Source: an uncultured Chloroflexia bacterium (GTDB lineage Bacteria > Chloroflexota > Limnocylindria > Limnocylindrales > CSP1-4). Taken from it: DNA of 64,000 bases. Positions within the stretch are counted from its first letter, which is position 1; each line of letters opens with the position of its first letter. A program made the position numbers and the translations under genes. Below, piece by piece: positions 17,627 to 26,746 of the stretch. Location: positions 615,637 to 679,636 of the forward strand of contig CAWCVO010000002.1 in the NCBI GenBank assembly GCA_963798955.1, written 5' to 3'. The notes below the pieces were generated by a model. The model ran no database searches, had not been told where the DNA came from, and worked only from the letters and a program-made list of their open reading frames with translations.

Positions 17627-18843
17627 ACGGTGCGCCGGAGCGGGTGCGCCGAACGAGCCTTAACCGCGAAGAGCTGGCGCGTGCAGTGCACGTAGAGCCG
17701 GCGGCGGTCGACGAGCTCGTCGAATGGGGCTTGCTGAAGCCCGATGCCGCCAACGAATTTCGTCCGAGCGACATCGAGCGCGTTCGAGCGGTGATGGCAA
17801 TGCGCTCGCCGGGAATCCCGATGGAGCAGCTGATCGAGGCCTTTGAGGGCCGGCTCTTCACGCTCCAACCGATGGACCTGTTGTACCCCGATCCGCCGAT
17901 GGTCACCGACATCACGCCCGCCGCACTGGCCGCCGATCTGGGCCTCTCCGAGGCTGAACTCATCAGGGCGATGATCAGCGCCGGCTTTCCCGCACCCGCG
18001 CGCGACGCGCCGATGCGCGAGGATGACGTGGGCCTCGCCCACGACCTGGTGGATGCCGCGCGACGCCTGGGAGGCGGCACGGTACTCAACCGGTTCGCGC
18101 GAACCTTCGGCGACAGTGCACGGCGGGCCGCGGAGAGCGGCGTGGCGATGTTCGCGGAGAACGTCAACAGCCCGGTGGTGAACGCAGGCCAGGACGACGA
18201 GCGGAGAATGCAGGTCAACGCCCTGGCCGCAGAGCTGATGGCGAGTTCCGAGGTCCTCTTGGGACGGCTGTATCGCCGTCACCTGGAACACGCCCTGCTC
18301 CGCCAGTGGGCAGTCGCAACCGAGACGTTCCTCGATCAGGCGGGCGTCCGCCAGGCGCGCATCGCAAATGATGGCGTGGCGTTCATCGACCTGACCGGCT
18401 ACACAGCCGTGACCGAACACAGCGGCGATGAGACGGCAGTCCGTCTGGCCGATCAGCTCACCCAGCTCTCAGAGGACGCCGCCGCGCACTTTGGTGGACA
18501 GGTGGTGAAGTTGCTGGGTGACGGGGCCATGCTGCACTTTGGAGGCGCGCTCGATGCCGTACGGGCCGCGCTCCACCTGGTGGCCGCCATTGGCAGGTCC
18601 GACCTGCCGCCGGCTCACGCTGGGGTCAACAGCGGACCGGTCATCCCTCGCGATGGGGACTACTTTGGTCGGACGGTGAACCTCGCGGCACGGATCTCCG
18701 GTCAGGCCTCGGCCGGACAGGTGCTCGTCAGCGCCCTCGTCGCTGAGCTGGCGCCCGATGACCTGGTCTTTTCGGCCGTGGGCGAGCGCGAGCTCAAGGG
18801 TATCGGCAGCGTCGAACTGTTCGAAGCACGCTGGGCGCGCTGA
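17623..18843 (+). CDS. MerR-like HTH fused to class III adenylate/guanylate cyclase domain
   Basis: N-terminal LNREELARAVHVEPAAVDELVEWGLL (MerR-like). C-terminal FIDLTGYTAVTEHSGDETAVRLADQL...VKLLGDGAMLHFG...GVNSGPVI...FGRTVNLAARISG (nucleotidyl cyclase). Confidence 0.8.
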   Translation: MNGAPERVRRTSLNREELARAVHVEPAAVDELVEWGLLKPDAANEFRPSDIERVRAVMAMRSPGIPMEQLIEAFEGRLFTLQPMDLLYPDPPMVTDITPAALAADLGLSEAELIRAMISAGFPAPARDAPMREDDVGLAHDLVDAARRLGGGTVLNRFARTFGDSARRAAESGVAMFAENVNSPVVNAGQDDERRMQVNALAAELMASSEVLLGRLYRRHLEHALLRQWAVATETFLDQAGVRQARIANDGVAFIDLTGYTAVTEHSGDETAVRLADQLTQLSEDAAAHFGGQVVKLLGDGAMLHFGGALDAVRAALHLVAAIGRSDLPPAHAGVNSGPVIPRDGDYFGRTVNLAARISGQASAGQVLVSALVAELAPDDLVFSAVGERELKGIGSVELFEARWAR

Positions 18844-18850
18844 CCAAGTT

Positions 18851-20176
18851 CTAGCCGAGGCTCATCTCCATCGCGCTGCCCGCCTCCTCCTGGTCGCCGC
18901 CGCCGGTCACGCCCTGCGCGTCGAGCGGTGGCTCGAGGCCCATCCGACGCACGCTGTGCGACAGCAGGCCGCTGAGCGCAAGAAGCGACATCCCCGCGCC
19001 ACCCACGGCGAGCATGCCGGTCAGGCTGATGTTGACGATTGCGCCCGAGACGGCCATGGAGAGGGGTACCAGCGCCATCGAGCTGAACATCATCAGGCTC
19101 ATCACCCGGCCCATGAGGCTGCCCGGGATGCGCAGCTGGGCCCACGTCATATATGCGATGTTGGTGTAGCCCAGGACCGTGCCGATGGCCGCAGCCAGGG
19201 CGAGCGCCACCAGCGTCGAATTGGCAAACGCGATCCCCACCATGCCGAAGCCGGTCACCGAGATCATCAGCAGCAGGATCGAGCCGAAATGCGCCTTGGG
19301 CAGCGGCCGCAGGAGCGTCGCCGCGGCCATGCCCAACAGGGACCCGCCGCCAAACGCCGAAAGAATCAGGCCGTAGGCGGCGGCACCCTCAGGCAGGCGG
19401 GTGTAGGCCAGCACCGGCAGGCCGACGTCGAACGGGCCGACGATGAGCAGGTTGGCGGCCATGCTGAAGATCATCACCACGCGCATGGCTGGTGCGTGCC
19501 ATACGAAGCGGACGCCCTCGGCGATCTGGCCAACCACGGAGCCGTCGCTGGCGGCATGCTTCGTACGGGTGGAAATCAGGATCAGCGTCACGAGCGAAAT
19601 GACGAAGCTGGCCGCGTCGATGAGCAGTGCCAGGCCGATGCCGGTCAATCCGGGCGAAACGACGCCTCCACCGAGCGCGGCGATGGCAACTCCGGCGAGT
19701 GCCGGTCCAACCAGGACGGTCAACTGGGCCGTGCCCTGGACGATGCCGTTGGCGCGCTGCAGCTGGCCGCCGGTCACGAGGTCGGGAACGATCGCCGTCT
19801 GCGCCGGATAGAAGAACGCATCGGCGACACCGAAGACGAGCGCGAAGGCGTACAGCATCCACATCGTCACGCCACCCTGGAGGACGAGCAGCCCCAGGGC
19901 AGTCACGGCGAGCAGGCGCACGATGTTCGAGGTGAGCATCACCCGGCGCGGCGACAGGCGGTCCACGTAGACGCCGCCGACGAGCATCAGGAGGGCTCGC
20001 GGCACGGCCATCAGGGCGAGCACAGTGCCCAGGGCGAAGCCGTCGCCCGTCAGCACCAGCGCCAGCCAGGGCAGGGCAATCATCGCGAACTGATCGCCCA
20101 GCGATGAGATCGCCTCGCCCAGCCACAGCAGGCGGAAGTCGCGGATGGCAAACGGTGACGAAGAGTTCGCGGTCAT
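18851..20176 (-). CDS. MFS transporter
   Basis: MTANSSSPFAIRDFRLLWLGEAISSLGDQFAMIALPWLALVLTGD... and 12 predicted TM segments. The upstream extension to 20281 overlaps the neighbouring gene. Confidence 0.8.
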   Translation of the reverse strand: MTANSSSPFAIRDFRLLWLGEAISSLGDQFAMIALPWLALVLTGDGFALGTVLALMAVPRALLMLVGGVYVDRLSPRRVMLTSNIVRLLAVTALGLLVLQGGVTMWMLYAFALVFGVADAFFYPAQTAIVPDLVTGGQLQRANGIVQGTAQLTVLVGPALAGVAIAALGGGVVSPGLTGIGLALLIDAASFVISLVTLILISTRTKHAASDGSVVGQIAEGVRFVWHAPAMRVVMIFSMAANLLIVGPFDVGLPVLAYTRLPEGAAAYGLILSAFGGGSLLGMAAATLLRPLPKAHFGSILLLMISVTGFGMVGIAFANSTLVALALAAAIGTVLGYTNIAYMTWAQLRIPGSLMGRVMSLMMFSSMALVPLSMAVSGAIVNISLTGMLAVGGAGMSLLALSGLLSHSVRRMGLEPPLDAQGVTGGGDQEEAGSAMEMSLG

Positions 20177-21453
20177 GATGCTGCTCCCGTGGGTATGGCT
20201 GGAGAAGTCGTTTCCGGGTCGCGTACGCCAGGAATGAAGAGCAGGCCGGTCATCAGCAGCGCACCGAGGACCCCCGCGCAAACGACGGTTGCCTGCGGAC
20301 CGAGCACGCCCGCGACCGGCGCAGTGAACGCGTACGAGATTGGGACGAGCCCCGTCGAAACCAGCCAGTCAAGGCTGGACACGCGTCCCAGCAGGCGGCG
20401 CGGAACGCGTTGCTGGAGCATGGTTTCCCAGATGACCGAGCCGACGGTGAACGAGCCCTGCAGTACGGCGCTGATCAGCATCCCCTGCCACAGGGCGCCC
20501 ATCAAGCCATAGAAGGCCGTGGCCAGCACGCCGATCCCCCACGCCACATACATGACCGTGACGTTGCGGCGCGGCTGCCCGACTGAGCCGATCACCGCCG
20601 ACATGGCGATGGAACCGACGCCGCCGGCGGCAAAGATCAGCCCCAGCGCGTCCGGGCCGAGCTGCAGCTGGTTCTTGACCAGGTACGGCACCAGCACCTC
20701 GACCGGGCCAATGAACATCAGCAGGCTGAGCATGGCCGCCAGCAAGGTCGCCCAGATCCACGGAAGTGACGCCGCGTAGCGCATCCCTTCGCCGACCTCC
20801 GTGAGGGTGCTGCGCACGGTGTGACCTTCGTCGGCAGCAGGATGCCGCCGCAGGCGAACCAATGAAAGGGCGCCCGCCGAGAAGACGAAGCTCGTGGCAT
20901 CAATGCCAAAGGCGGGCGCCGGGCCGGCGGCTGCGATGGCGAGGCCCGCCAGCGCGGGGCCGACGATGCGCAGCATCAGCGGCCGATACATGCCGGCCAG
21001 CGAGTTGGCGGCGGGCAGATGTTCGTCGGCCACCAGGTCGGGCAGGATCGCGGTCGATGACGGATTGAAGAACGCGGCCGCAGTGCTCTGCACCACGGCG
21101 AGTACCACGACGTGCCATAACTCGATCACGCCGGCGGCCGACAGCAACGCCATCGTCCCAACTGCACCGGCGCGCACGACGTCGGCGACGACCATCACCT
21201 TGCGGCGGTCATAGCGATCAGAGACCGCCCCGCCGAGCAACAGGAACACGACAAAGGGGAGAGTTCCCGCGACGCCGACGATGGCCAGGGCGCTGGGAAC
21301 GTTGCTGATCGCGTAGACCTGCCAGGCGAGCGCCACGTAGAAGAACCCATCGCCCAGCAGCGAAACGACGCTGGCGCTGGCCAGCAGCGCAAAGTCGCGG
21401 CCGCGCAGCGGCTGGACGATGCGCGCATTCACCAGCCGCTGGGGGAGGGCCAT
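20173..21453 (-). CDS. MFS transporter (tandem paralogue)
   Basis: RDFALLASASVVSLLGDGFFYVALAWQVYAISN...; same architecture as the downstream gene, with a 4-nt overlap. Confidence 0.8.
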   Translation of the reverse strand: MALPQRLVNARIVQPLRGRDFALLASASVVSLLGDGFFYVALAWQVYAISNVPSALAIVGVAGTLPFVVFLLLGGAVSDRYDRRKVMVVADVVRAGAVGTMALLSAAGVIELWHVVVLAVVQSTAAAFFNPSSTAILPDLVADEHLPAANSLAGMYRPLMLRIVGPALAGLAIAAAGPAPAFGIDATSFVFSAGALSLVRLRRHPAADEGHTVRSTLTEVGEGMRYAASLPWIWATLLAAMLSLLMFIGPVEVLVPYLVKNQLQLGPDALGLIFAAGGVGSIAMSAVIGSVGQPRRNVTVMYVAWGIGVLATAFYGLMGALWQGMLISAVLQGSFTVGSVIWETMLQQRVPRRLLGRVSSLDWLVSTGLVPISYAFTAPVAGVLGPQATVVCAGVLGALLMTGLLFIPGVRDPETTSPAIPTGAAS

Positions 21454-21457
21454 GTTT

Positions 21458-21664
21458 CTAGTTCTGGCCGACCGTGCGCCCGAACGCCGGGCCGGCGAGA
21501 CGGGCGCCCAGGCGGATTAGACCCAGCCCGAACGCCTGGATCGCGGTGGTCTCGGGCGCGGTGTGCTCCGGGCGATCCACGAAACGGCCCAAGCCGGCCT
21601 GCGCCAGCTCGCGCCAGCGGTACTGGTGATACAGCTCGACGTTACCCATCATGTCCAACCTCAC
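21458..21664 (-). CDS. small hypothetical protein (68 aa)
   Basis: GTG start overlapping the upstream stop (GTGA). No recognisable domain; may be spurious. Confidence 0.25.
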   Translation of the reverse strand: MRLDMMGNVELYHQYRWRELAQAGLGRFVDRPEHTAPETTAIQAFGLGLIRLGARLAGPAFGRTVGQN

Positions 21665-22050
21665 TCGCTGATGATCAGGACCCGATCGCCGTTGTCGTCA
21701 TTGATGTCGACGATCGCGCCGCGCACGCCAGAAGCGATCGCGCCGCGAATCCGGTTCGCGTCCTGATCGGACAGGCCGGGCAGGAAGGAAGATGCCCACC
21801 CGGCGATGTTCAACGGCACGCGCAGGTTGACGACCCGCCGTCCGTTCTCGGTTACTTCGATGCGCAGATGGCGTGGTTCACGCACGCCGGTGCTCGGTTC
21901 CCCCGCCTGTGCCGGCGGTTCGTCCGCTGCCTCCTCACCGGCCGGCTCGGACGCGGGCGTTGAGTCGAGCGCGCGCAGGATCTCGTCGGCCTCGTCGGCG
22001 GTCAGGCGCCCTTCGGCCACCAGGCCCAGGATCTTCTCGACGTCCGGCAT
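21661..22050 (-). CDS. SHOCT-like domain protein with C-terminal beta-rich domain
   Basis: N-terminal ILGLVAEGRLTADEADEILRAL (SHOCT-like), an acidic Pro/Glu linker, then HLRIEVTENGRRVVNLRVPLNIAGWA...GAIVDINDDNGDRVLIISE. Confidence 0.5.
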   Translation of the reverse strand: MPDVEKILGLVAEGRLTADEADEILRALDSTPASEPAGEEAADEPPAQAGEPSTGVREPRHLRIEVTENGRRVVNLRVPLNIAGWASSFLPGLSDQDANRIRGAIASGVRGAIVDINDDNGDRVLIISE

Positions 22051-22053
22051 TTC

Positions 22054-22260
22054 TCAAGCCTCCTGGAGGCGGCGCGCCGCCTCGTCTACATCGATTTCGC
22101 CGCGCTCGAGCGCGCGCAGCACTTCGAGCTGATCTGGCTCAGGCGCCGGCGGCGCCGGCGGCACGCCCAGGTTCTCCACTGGTTCAGTGGGCGAGTCGTC
22201 ATCGAAGCGCGCCATGCGCGCGGCGAAACGTTCGGCGCGCCGTGCCGCGTGGCGCTCCAT
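22054..22260 (-). CDS. small SHOCT-like protein, or the frameshifted C-terminus of the upstream DUF4097 protein
   Basis: ...PDQLEVLRALERGEIDVDEAARRLQEA is a SHOCT-like motif; it lies in a different frame from the DUF4097 ORF and overlaps it. Confidence 0.4.
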   Translation of the reverse strand: MERHAARRAERFAARMARFDDDSPTEPVENLGVPPAPPAPEPDQLEVLRALERGEIDVDEAARRLQEA

Positions 22261-23090
22261 GCGCTCCTGCGCCCGCTCGTGCCGTCCGGTGGTTCTCGGT
22301 CGCGCGGCTGGTCGGCCCGCCGTCCACCTTCGACGCGGACGTCGCCCGACAAGGTCCGGAAGCGCAACTGAGCCGCGCCATCGCCGCTCACCAGGGTGCG
22401 TGGGCCGCCACCGAAGTCGAGACCGCGCCTGATATCGACGGTGACACCGCCGTGCGCATCGATGGCCAGGTCGCCGCTGACGGTCTCGGCCGAGTGCAGC
22501 GGGCCGGCAGCGAGGCTGCCGGCGAGGTCGATGTCGCCGCTGACGGACCGCGCGTCGAAGGCCTTCAGCTCGGCGCCACGAACGCGCATGTCGCCCGACG
22601 TCGTGTTAAGGCTGAGCTCGATGCTGCCCGAATTGCGGACCTGCATGTCGCCCGACACGGTTGAGACACGCAGCCGGCCGCCCGCGGGCGACAGCTCGGC
22701 GTCGCCCGAGACGGTCCTGTAGGTCTGCTCGCCGGTCAGCCCTTCTGAGCGGATGTCGGCGCTGACGGTGCTGATCGTCGCCCGTGCGCCGACTGGCAGC
22801 GTGACCTGGAAGTCGACACCGGAGTGCCTGCCGAACCAGCCTGCGAGCGGCGCGAACGCGCTACGGTCGGTGACTTCGATCTGCAACGCCCCGTCACTCT
22901 TGCGAACGCTGAGCGGCAGCGCGTCGGCACGGCCGCCTTCTGAGCGGGCGAGCACGACCGCTTCGCCTGAGTCGCCGGCACGGATCTCAACCGACCCGGC
23001 GGCGACGCTGAGCGTGAATTGGCCATTGGCGCCGATCTGGTGGCGTATCTCGGCGGGGTCGCGGTAGATCTCGTTTTGCTGATCACTCAT
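22086..23090 (-). CDS. DUF4097 (LiaG/YvlB-like putative adhesin) repeat protein; 3' end uncertain
   Basis: Repeated VSGDxxV / TVSGDMQVR beta-strand repeats typical of DUF4097. The C-terminal ~70 codons (Arg-rich) look out of frame, so there is a possible frameshift near 22260-22330. Confidence 0.6.
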   Translation of the reverse strand: MSDQQNEIYRDPAEIRHQIGANGQFTLSVAAGSVEIRAGDSGEAVVLARSEGGRADALPLSVRKSDGALQIEVTDRSAFAPLAGWFGRHSGVDFQVTLPVGARATISTVSADIRSEGLTGEQTYRTVSGDAELSPAGGRLRVSTVSGDMQVRNSGSIELSLNTTSGDMRVRGAELKAFDARSVSGDIDLAGSLAAGPLHSAETVSGDLAIDAHGGVTVDIRRGLDFGGGPRTLVSGDGAAQLRFRTLSGDVRVEGGRRADQPRDREPPDGTSGRRSAWSATRHGAPNVSPRAWRASMTTRPLNQWRTWACRRRRRRLSQISSKCCARSSAAKSM

Positions 23091-23560
23091 GGCTGTTGCT
23101 CCGGTTCTTGCTGCTCCGGTTGTGGCTGGTCCTGCCCTGGCAACGGCTCGCCGCGCAGTGCTGCTGCCGCCTGCTCGGCGCTCAACTCGTGGCGCGCCAG
23201 GCGTTCGAGAATCGAGCGACGGGTGTCCGGATCGACGGCCATGCTGTCGTTCCGTTCAACGGCCGGCTGTGGCTCGGCTGGAATGGGCGCACCGTCGGCC
23301 AGGTCGAGGGCGCGCAACAGTGCCTCCACCCGGTTCCGCACGGTGGGATACGACACGCCGAGCTCGCGCTCGAGCTCACGCAGGTTGCCGCGCGCGCGCA
23401 GGAACGACTCGAGCAACGTGTACTGGTCGCGGCCAAGCCGCGCGAAGCGCCCGACGTTGAAGCCGCCCTCGATGGTCGTGCCGCACGTCGTGCAGTGCAG
23501 GCGCGTGACCGTCAGCTGGCTATCGCAGACAGGGCAGTTGGAGATTACTTCTCGCTGCAT
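23087..23560 (-). CDS. DUF2089 zinc-ribbon/HTH protein
   Basis: CPVCDSQLTVTRLHCTTCGTTIEGGF...LESFLRARGNLRELERELGVSYPTVRNRVEALL plus a C-terminal SHOCT-like helix. Confidence 0.75.
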   Translation of the reverse strand: MQREVISNCPVCDSQLTVTRLHCTTCGTTIEGGFNVGRFARLGRDQYTLLESFLRARGNLRELERELGVSYPTVRNRVEALLRALDLADGAPIPAEPQPAVERNDSMAVDPDTRRSILERLARHELSAEQAAAALRGEPLPGQDQPQPEQQEPEQQP

Positions 23561-23697
23561 GTTGTGGTTGCCTCGAATGACTCTGTGCTACTTGAGCGCG
23601 CAAAATGTAAAGCGTCGCTTTCACTTTGTCAATATCAGCATTCACTTTGTGTGTCGGGCCGCACACGACGGTTGGGCACCGTAGACTGGCAGCCGCA
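23561..23697. promoter_or_regulatory. AT-rich divergent promoter region (DUF2089 operon / ftcD-hutI) with palindrome AAAGCGtCGCTTT and direct repeats TTCACTTTGT x2
   Basis: The local AT content is far above background. It contains a 6-1-6 palindrome and a 10-bp direct repeat spaced 21 nt apart. Confidence 0.4.
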
Positions 23698-24657
23698 ATG
23701 GCAAGGCTGGTCGAATGCGTCCCCAACTTCTCCGAAGGCAGGCGGCCGGAGGTGATCGACGCGATCGCGGCGAAGGTGGCCCAGGCCGCGGGCGTCGAGT
23801 TGCTGGATAGGACCTCGGACCGGGACCACAATCGCAGCGTGCTGACCTTTGCCGGCCCGGGAGATGCCGTGCTGTCGGCGATGGAGGCGGCGACGGAGGC
23901 GGCGCTCGCACTGATCGACATGAACAGCCACGAGGGCCAGCATCCGCGTATCGGCGCCGTTGACGTGGTTCCTTTCGTGCCGCTTGGCGAGACCACGATC
24001 GAGGAATGCGTCGATCTGGCTCATCGCTACGGACGGCATGTCGCGGATCGGTTCGGGCTGCCGGTCTACTACTACGCGCGGGCGGCGCTGCGCCCGGACC
24101 GGACGGTCCTCGCCGATATCCGCCGCCCGCAGTACGAAGGCCTGAGGGAACTGATCGCGACTGACGAGCGCGCACCGGACAGCGGACCTCGCCAGCTGCA
24201 TCCCACGGGCGGAGCCGTGGCCGTGGGCGCCCGGCCATTCCTGATTGCGTACAACGTCAACCTGGAGTCGCCCGACGTGGACCTCGCCAAGCGGATTGCC
24301 CGTGCCGTGCGCGAGAGCTCAGGCGGCCTGCCACGCGTGCAGGCTCTGGGCCTGTACCTCGAAGACCTGGCCTGTGCGCAGGTGTCGATGAACCTGCTCG
24401 ACCACACCGTGACGCCGATCTGGAAGGTATGGCAGGCGGTCACCGACCTCGCCGCGGCCGATGGCGTGCAAGCACGTGAATCGGAACTGATCGGTCTTGC
24501 CCCGCTCGCGGCCCTCGTCGAGGTGGCCGATCACGCCGGCGTCGATCCGACCCTGCCCGTGGAACGCCGCATCAGCGGTGCGGCCGATTGGCTGCGCATC
24601 CGTGATTTCGAGCCGACCATGGCCCTCGAACTGCGCCTGGCCGCACGCGCCGCATGA
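23698..24657 (+). CDS. ftcD: glutamate formimidoyltransferase (FtcD N-domain-like, stand-alone)
   Basis: MARLVECVPNFSEGRRPEVIDAIA... is the hallmark N-terminus of formiminotransferase. It is about 320 aa with no cyclodeaminase domain attached. Confidence 0.88.
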   Translation: MARLVECVPNFSEGRRPEVIDAIAAKVAQAAGVELLDRTSDRDHNRSVLTFAGPGDAVLSAMEAATEAALALIDMNSHEGQHPRIGAVDVVPFVPLGETTIEECVDLAHRYGRHVADRFGLPVYYYARAALRPDRTVLADIRRPQYEGLRELIATDERAPDSGPRQLHPTGGAVAVGARPFLIAYNVNLESPDVDLAKRIARAVRESSGGLPRVQALGLYLEDLACAQVSMNLLDHTVTPIWKVWQAVTDLAAADGVQARESELIGLAPLAALVEVADHAGVDPTLPVERRISGAADWLRIRDFEPTMALELRLAARAA

Positions 24658-25967
24658 CCGTCCCCAGGCCCGCCCTGCTGGTTCACAACGTGAGTGAGCT
24701 GGCCACCGTCGCGGGCGGCGTGCGGCGCGGCCAGGCGCAGGCCGACGCCGGGCTGATCGTGGGCGATGTGTCGGTCGCTGCCTACGAGGGTCGCATCGTC
24801 GCCATCGGTCAGCGGATCGCAGTCGAGCAGGAGCTGCGCGCCATGGGCATTGCCGACGGTGCGATCGAGCGCGTAGACGCACAGCGCGGAACCGTGACGC
24901 CCGGCCTCATCGACGCTCACACGCATCTGCTCTTTGCCGGCACACGCCAAGCGGAAGTCGAACTGCGCCAGCGCGGGCTGGGTTATCTCGACATCCTGGC
25001 CGCCGGGGGCGGCATCCTGCAGACCGTGCGCGAGACACGTGCAGCGTCGGACCAGGCGCTGCTCGAACACGGCCGCCGCTGGCTGCGCGAGATGCTGCGC
25101 CACGGCGTCACGACGGTCGAGGCCAAGAGCGGCTACGGCCTCGACGTCACGTCGGAGCTACGTCTGCTGGCACTCACCGCGCAGCTTGTCGAGGAAGGCC
25201 CGGTGGGGATCGTGCCCACATTCCTGGGTGCCCACGCGGTGGCGCCGGAGTTTCGTGGGCGACCCGATGCCGCCCGGGCGTACCTGGCGAACGTAATCGA
25301 CGAGCAGCTGCCGCGCGTGGCGGCACAGGGCGTGGCCACCTCGTGCGATGTCTTCTGCGAGCCGGGCGTCTTCGATGCCGACAGCTCCCGGCGGCTGCTC
25401 GAGGCGGCGCGTGTGCTCGGCCTGGCGACCCGTCTGCATGCCGACGAACTGGCTGATGCCGGGGGCGCCGCCCTTGCCGCCGAGTTGGGTGCGCTGTCGG
25501 CCGATCACCTGGGTGCCATATCGGAGAAGGGCGTCACCGCTCTCGCGCGCGCTGCCGAAGCAGGACGCCCGGTCGTCGCCACGCTGCTGCCGCTGACCAG
25601 CTTCTACCTTGGCGAGGCGCACTACGCACCGGCTCGACGGCTGGTCGACGCGGGTGTGCCGGTGGCCCTGGGCACCGACTTCAACCCCGGCACGTCACCC
25701 GCGCCCAATGCCCTGCTGGCAATGGCTTTTGGCGTGCACCGGTTGCAGCTGACTCCGAGCGAAGCCCTGGTCGCATTGACGATCAACGCCGCCGCTGCGC
25801 TCGGGCTCGAACAGAGCCACGGCTCGATCGAAGTGGGCAAGCACGCCGACCTGGTCGTGTGGTCGGTCGAGACAGCCTCGCTACTGCCCTATTGGCTGGG
25901 CGCCGACCTTGTGCGGGTCGTGATCAAGAGCGGCCGGATCGTGTACCGGCCGGCAGGTGCCGCCTAG
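24654..25967 (+). CDS. hutI: imidazolonepropionase
   Basis: GLIDAHTHLLFAG...amidohydrolase fold, HutI family. Its ATGA start overlaps ftcD. Confidence 0.9.
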   Translation: MTVPRPALLVHNVSELATVAGGVRRGQAQADAGLIVGDVSVAAYEGRIVAIGQRIAVEQELRAMGIADGAIERVDAQRGTVTPGLIDAHTHLLFAGTRQAEVELRQRGLGYLDILAAGGGILQTVRETRAASDQALLEHGRRWLREMLRHGVTTVEAKSGYGLDVTSELRLLALTAQLVEEGPVGIVPTFLGAHAVAPEFRGRPDAARAYLANVIDEQLPRVAAQGVATSCDVFCEPGVFDADSSRRLLEAARVLGLATRLHADELADAGGAALAAELGALSADHLGAISEKGVTALARAAEAGRPVVATLLPLTSFYLGEAHYAPARRLVDAGVPVALGTDFNPGTSPAPNALLAMAFGVHRLQLTPSEALVALTINAAAALGLEQSHGSIEVGKHADLVVWSVETASLLPYWLGADLVRVVIKSGRIVYRPAGAA

Positions 25968-26698
25968 CCCTTGCCGCGCGGCTCGAGCAGGACGACCGTC
26001 GTCTCGCTTGGCAACGATGACCCGGTGACCGTCAACTTGGGTGCCGGCTCACCGCGCTGGACGCTCATCTCGTGCAGGAAGCGAGCCAGCTCGCCGGCCC
26101 CGGCACCGTCGCCGTCGATGGCCATGGGCACCACCAGCTTGGCATCGAATTGCGCCACCAGCTCGGCCGCGCGCGCAGGCGCCAGGGAGCCGCCCACGGG
26201 CACGCACACGACGTCGATCGGGCCCATCTCATCGAGCTCTGCCTCGCTCAGCAGATGGCCAATGTCGCCCAGGTGCACGACGTGGACTCCATCCAGCTCG
26301 TACACGAAGCACGTGTTGAGCCCGCGATCGGCGCCCTGGGCCTCGTCGCGGTACGTCTTCACGCCGGTGATCAGCACCTCGTGCACCTCGTACTCACCGG
26401 GTGAGTCGAGCAGGAACGCGGACTCGAGGCTGGTGGGCACCCGGCGCGTGGTACGTCCGTTCGCCGGTCCCCCGCCGCGGGCAGGCGTTGTGCGCTTGGC
26501 ACTGGCCCGGTCGAGGCCGAGCGTCTGCTGACCGTCGGTGTGGCTATAGGTCAGGATGTCGGCCGTCAGGCCGCGACCGGTCGGCCCGACGATGCGCGGG
26601 AAGGCATCAGCAGCCACGACACCCTCGCGTCCCCGCAGGCGCAGGCAGGTGTCGCCGAACGAAACGATCTCCACGCGCCAGATTGTCGCAGCCAACAA
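25964..26698 (-). CDS. MBL-fold metallo-hydrolase
   Basis: (V)EIVSFGDTCLRLRG...ADILTYSHTDGQ...VVHLGDIGHLL, the metallo-beta-lactamase HxHxDH-type motifs. The start is more likely the GTG at about 26674. Confidence 0.7.
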   Translation of the reverse strand: MLAATIWRVEIVSFGDTCLRLRGREGVVAADAFPRIVGPTGRGLTADILTYSHTDGQQTLGLDRASAKRTTPARGGGPANGRTTRRVPTSLESAFLLDSPGEYEVHEVLITGVKTYRDEAQGADRGLNTCFVYELDGVHVVHLGDIGHLLSEAELDEMGPIDVVCVPVGGSLAPARAAELVAQFDAKLVVPMAIDGDGAGAGELARFLHEMSVQRGEPAPKLTVTGSSLPSETTVVLLEPRGKG

Positions 26699-26746
26699 AA
26701 AGAAACGAGGGGCGCCTGCCCAATTGGCGCCCCTCGTTCCGAGGGA
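26699..26746 (-). terminator. rho-independent terminator-like hairpin in the 5' leader of the MBL hydrolase gene
   Basis: Minus strand: AACGAGGGGCGCC-aattgggca-GGCGCCCCTCGTT followed by TTCTTTTTGTTGG. It lies about 30 nt upstream of the gene start, between divergent genes. Confidence 0.6.
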
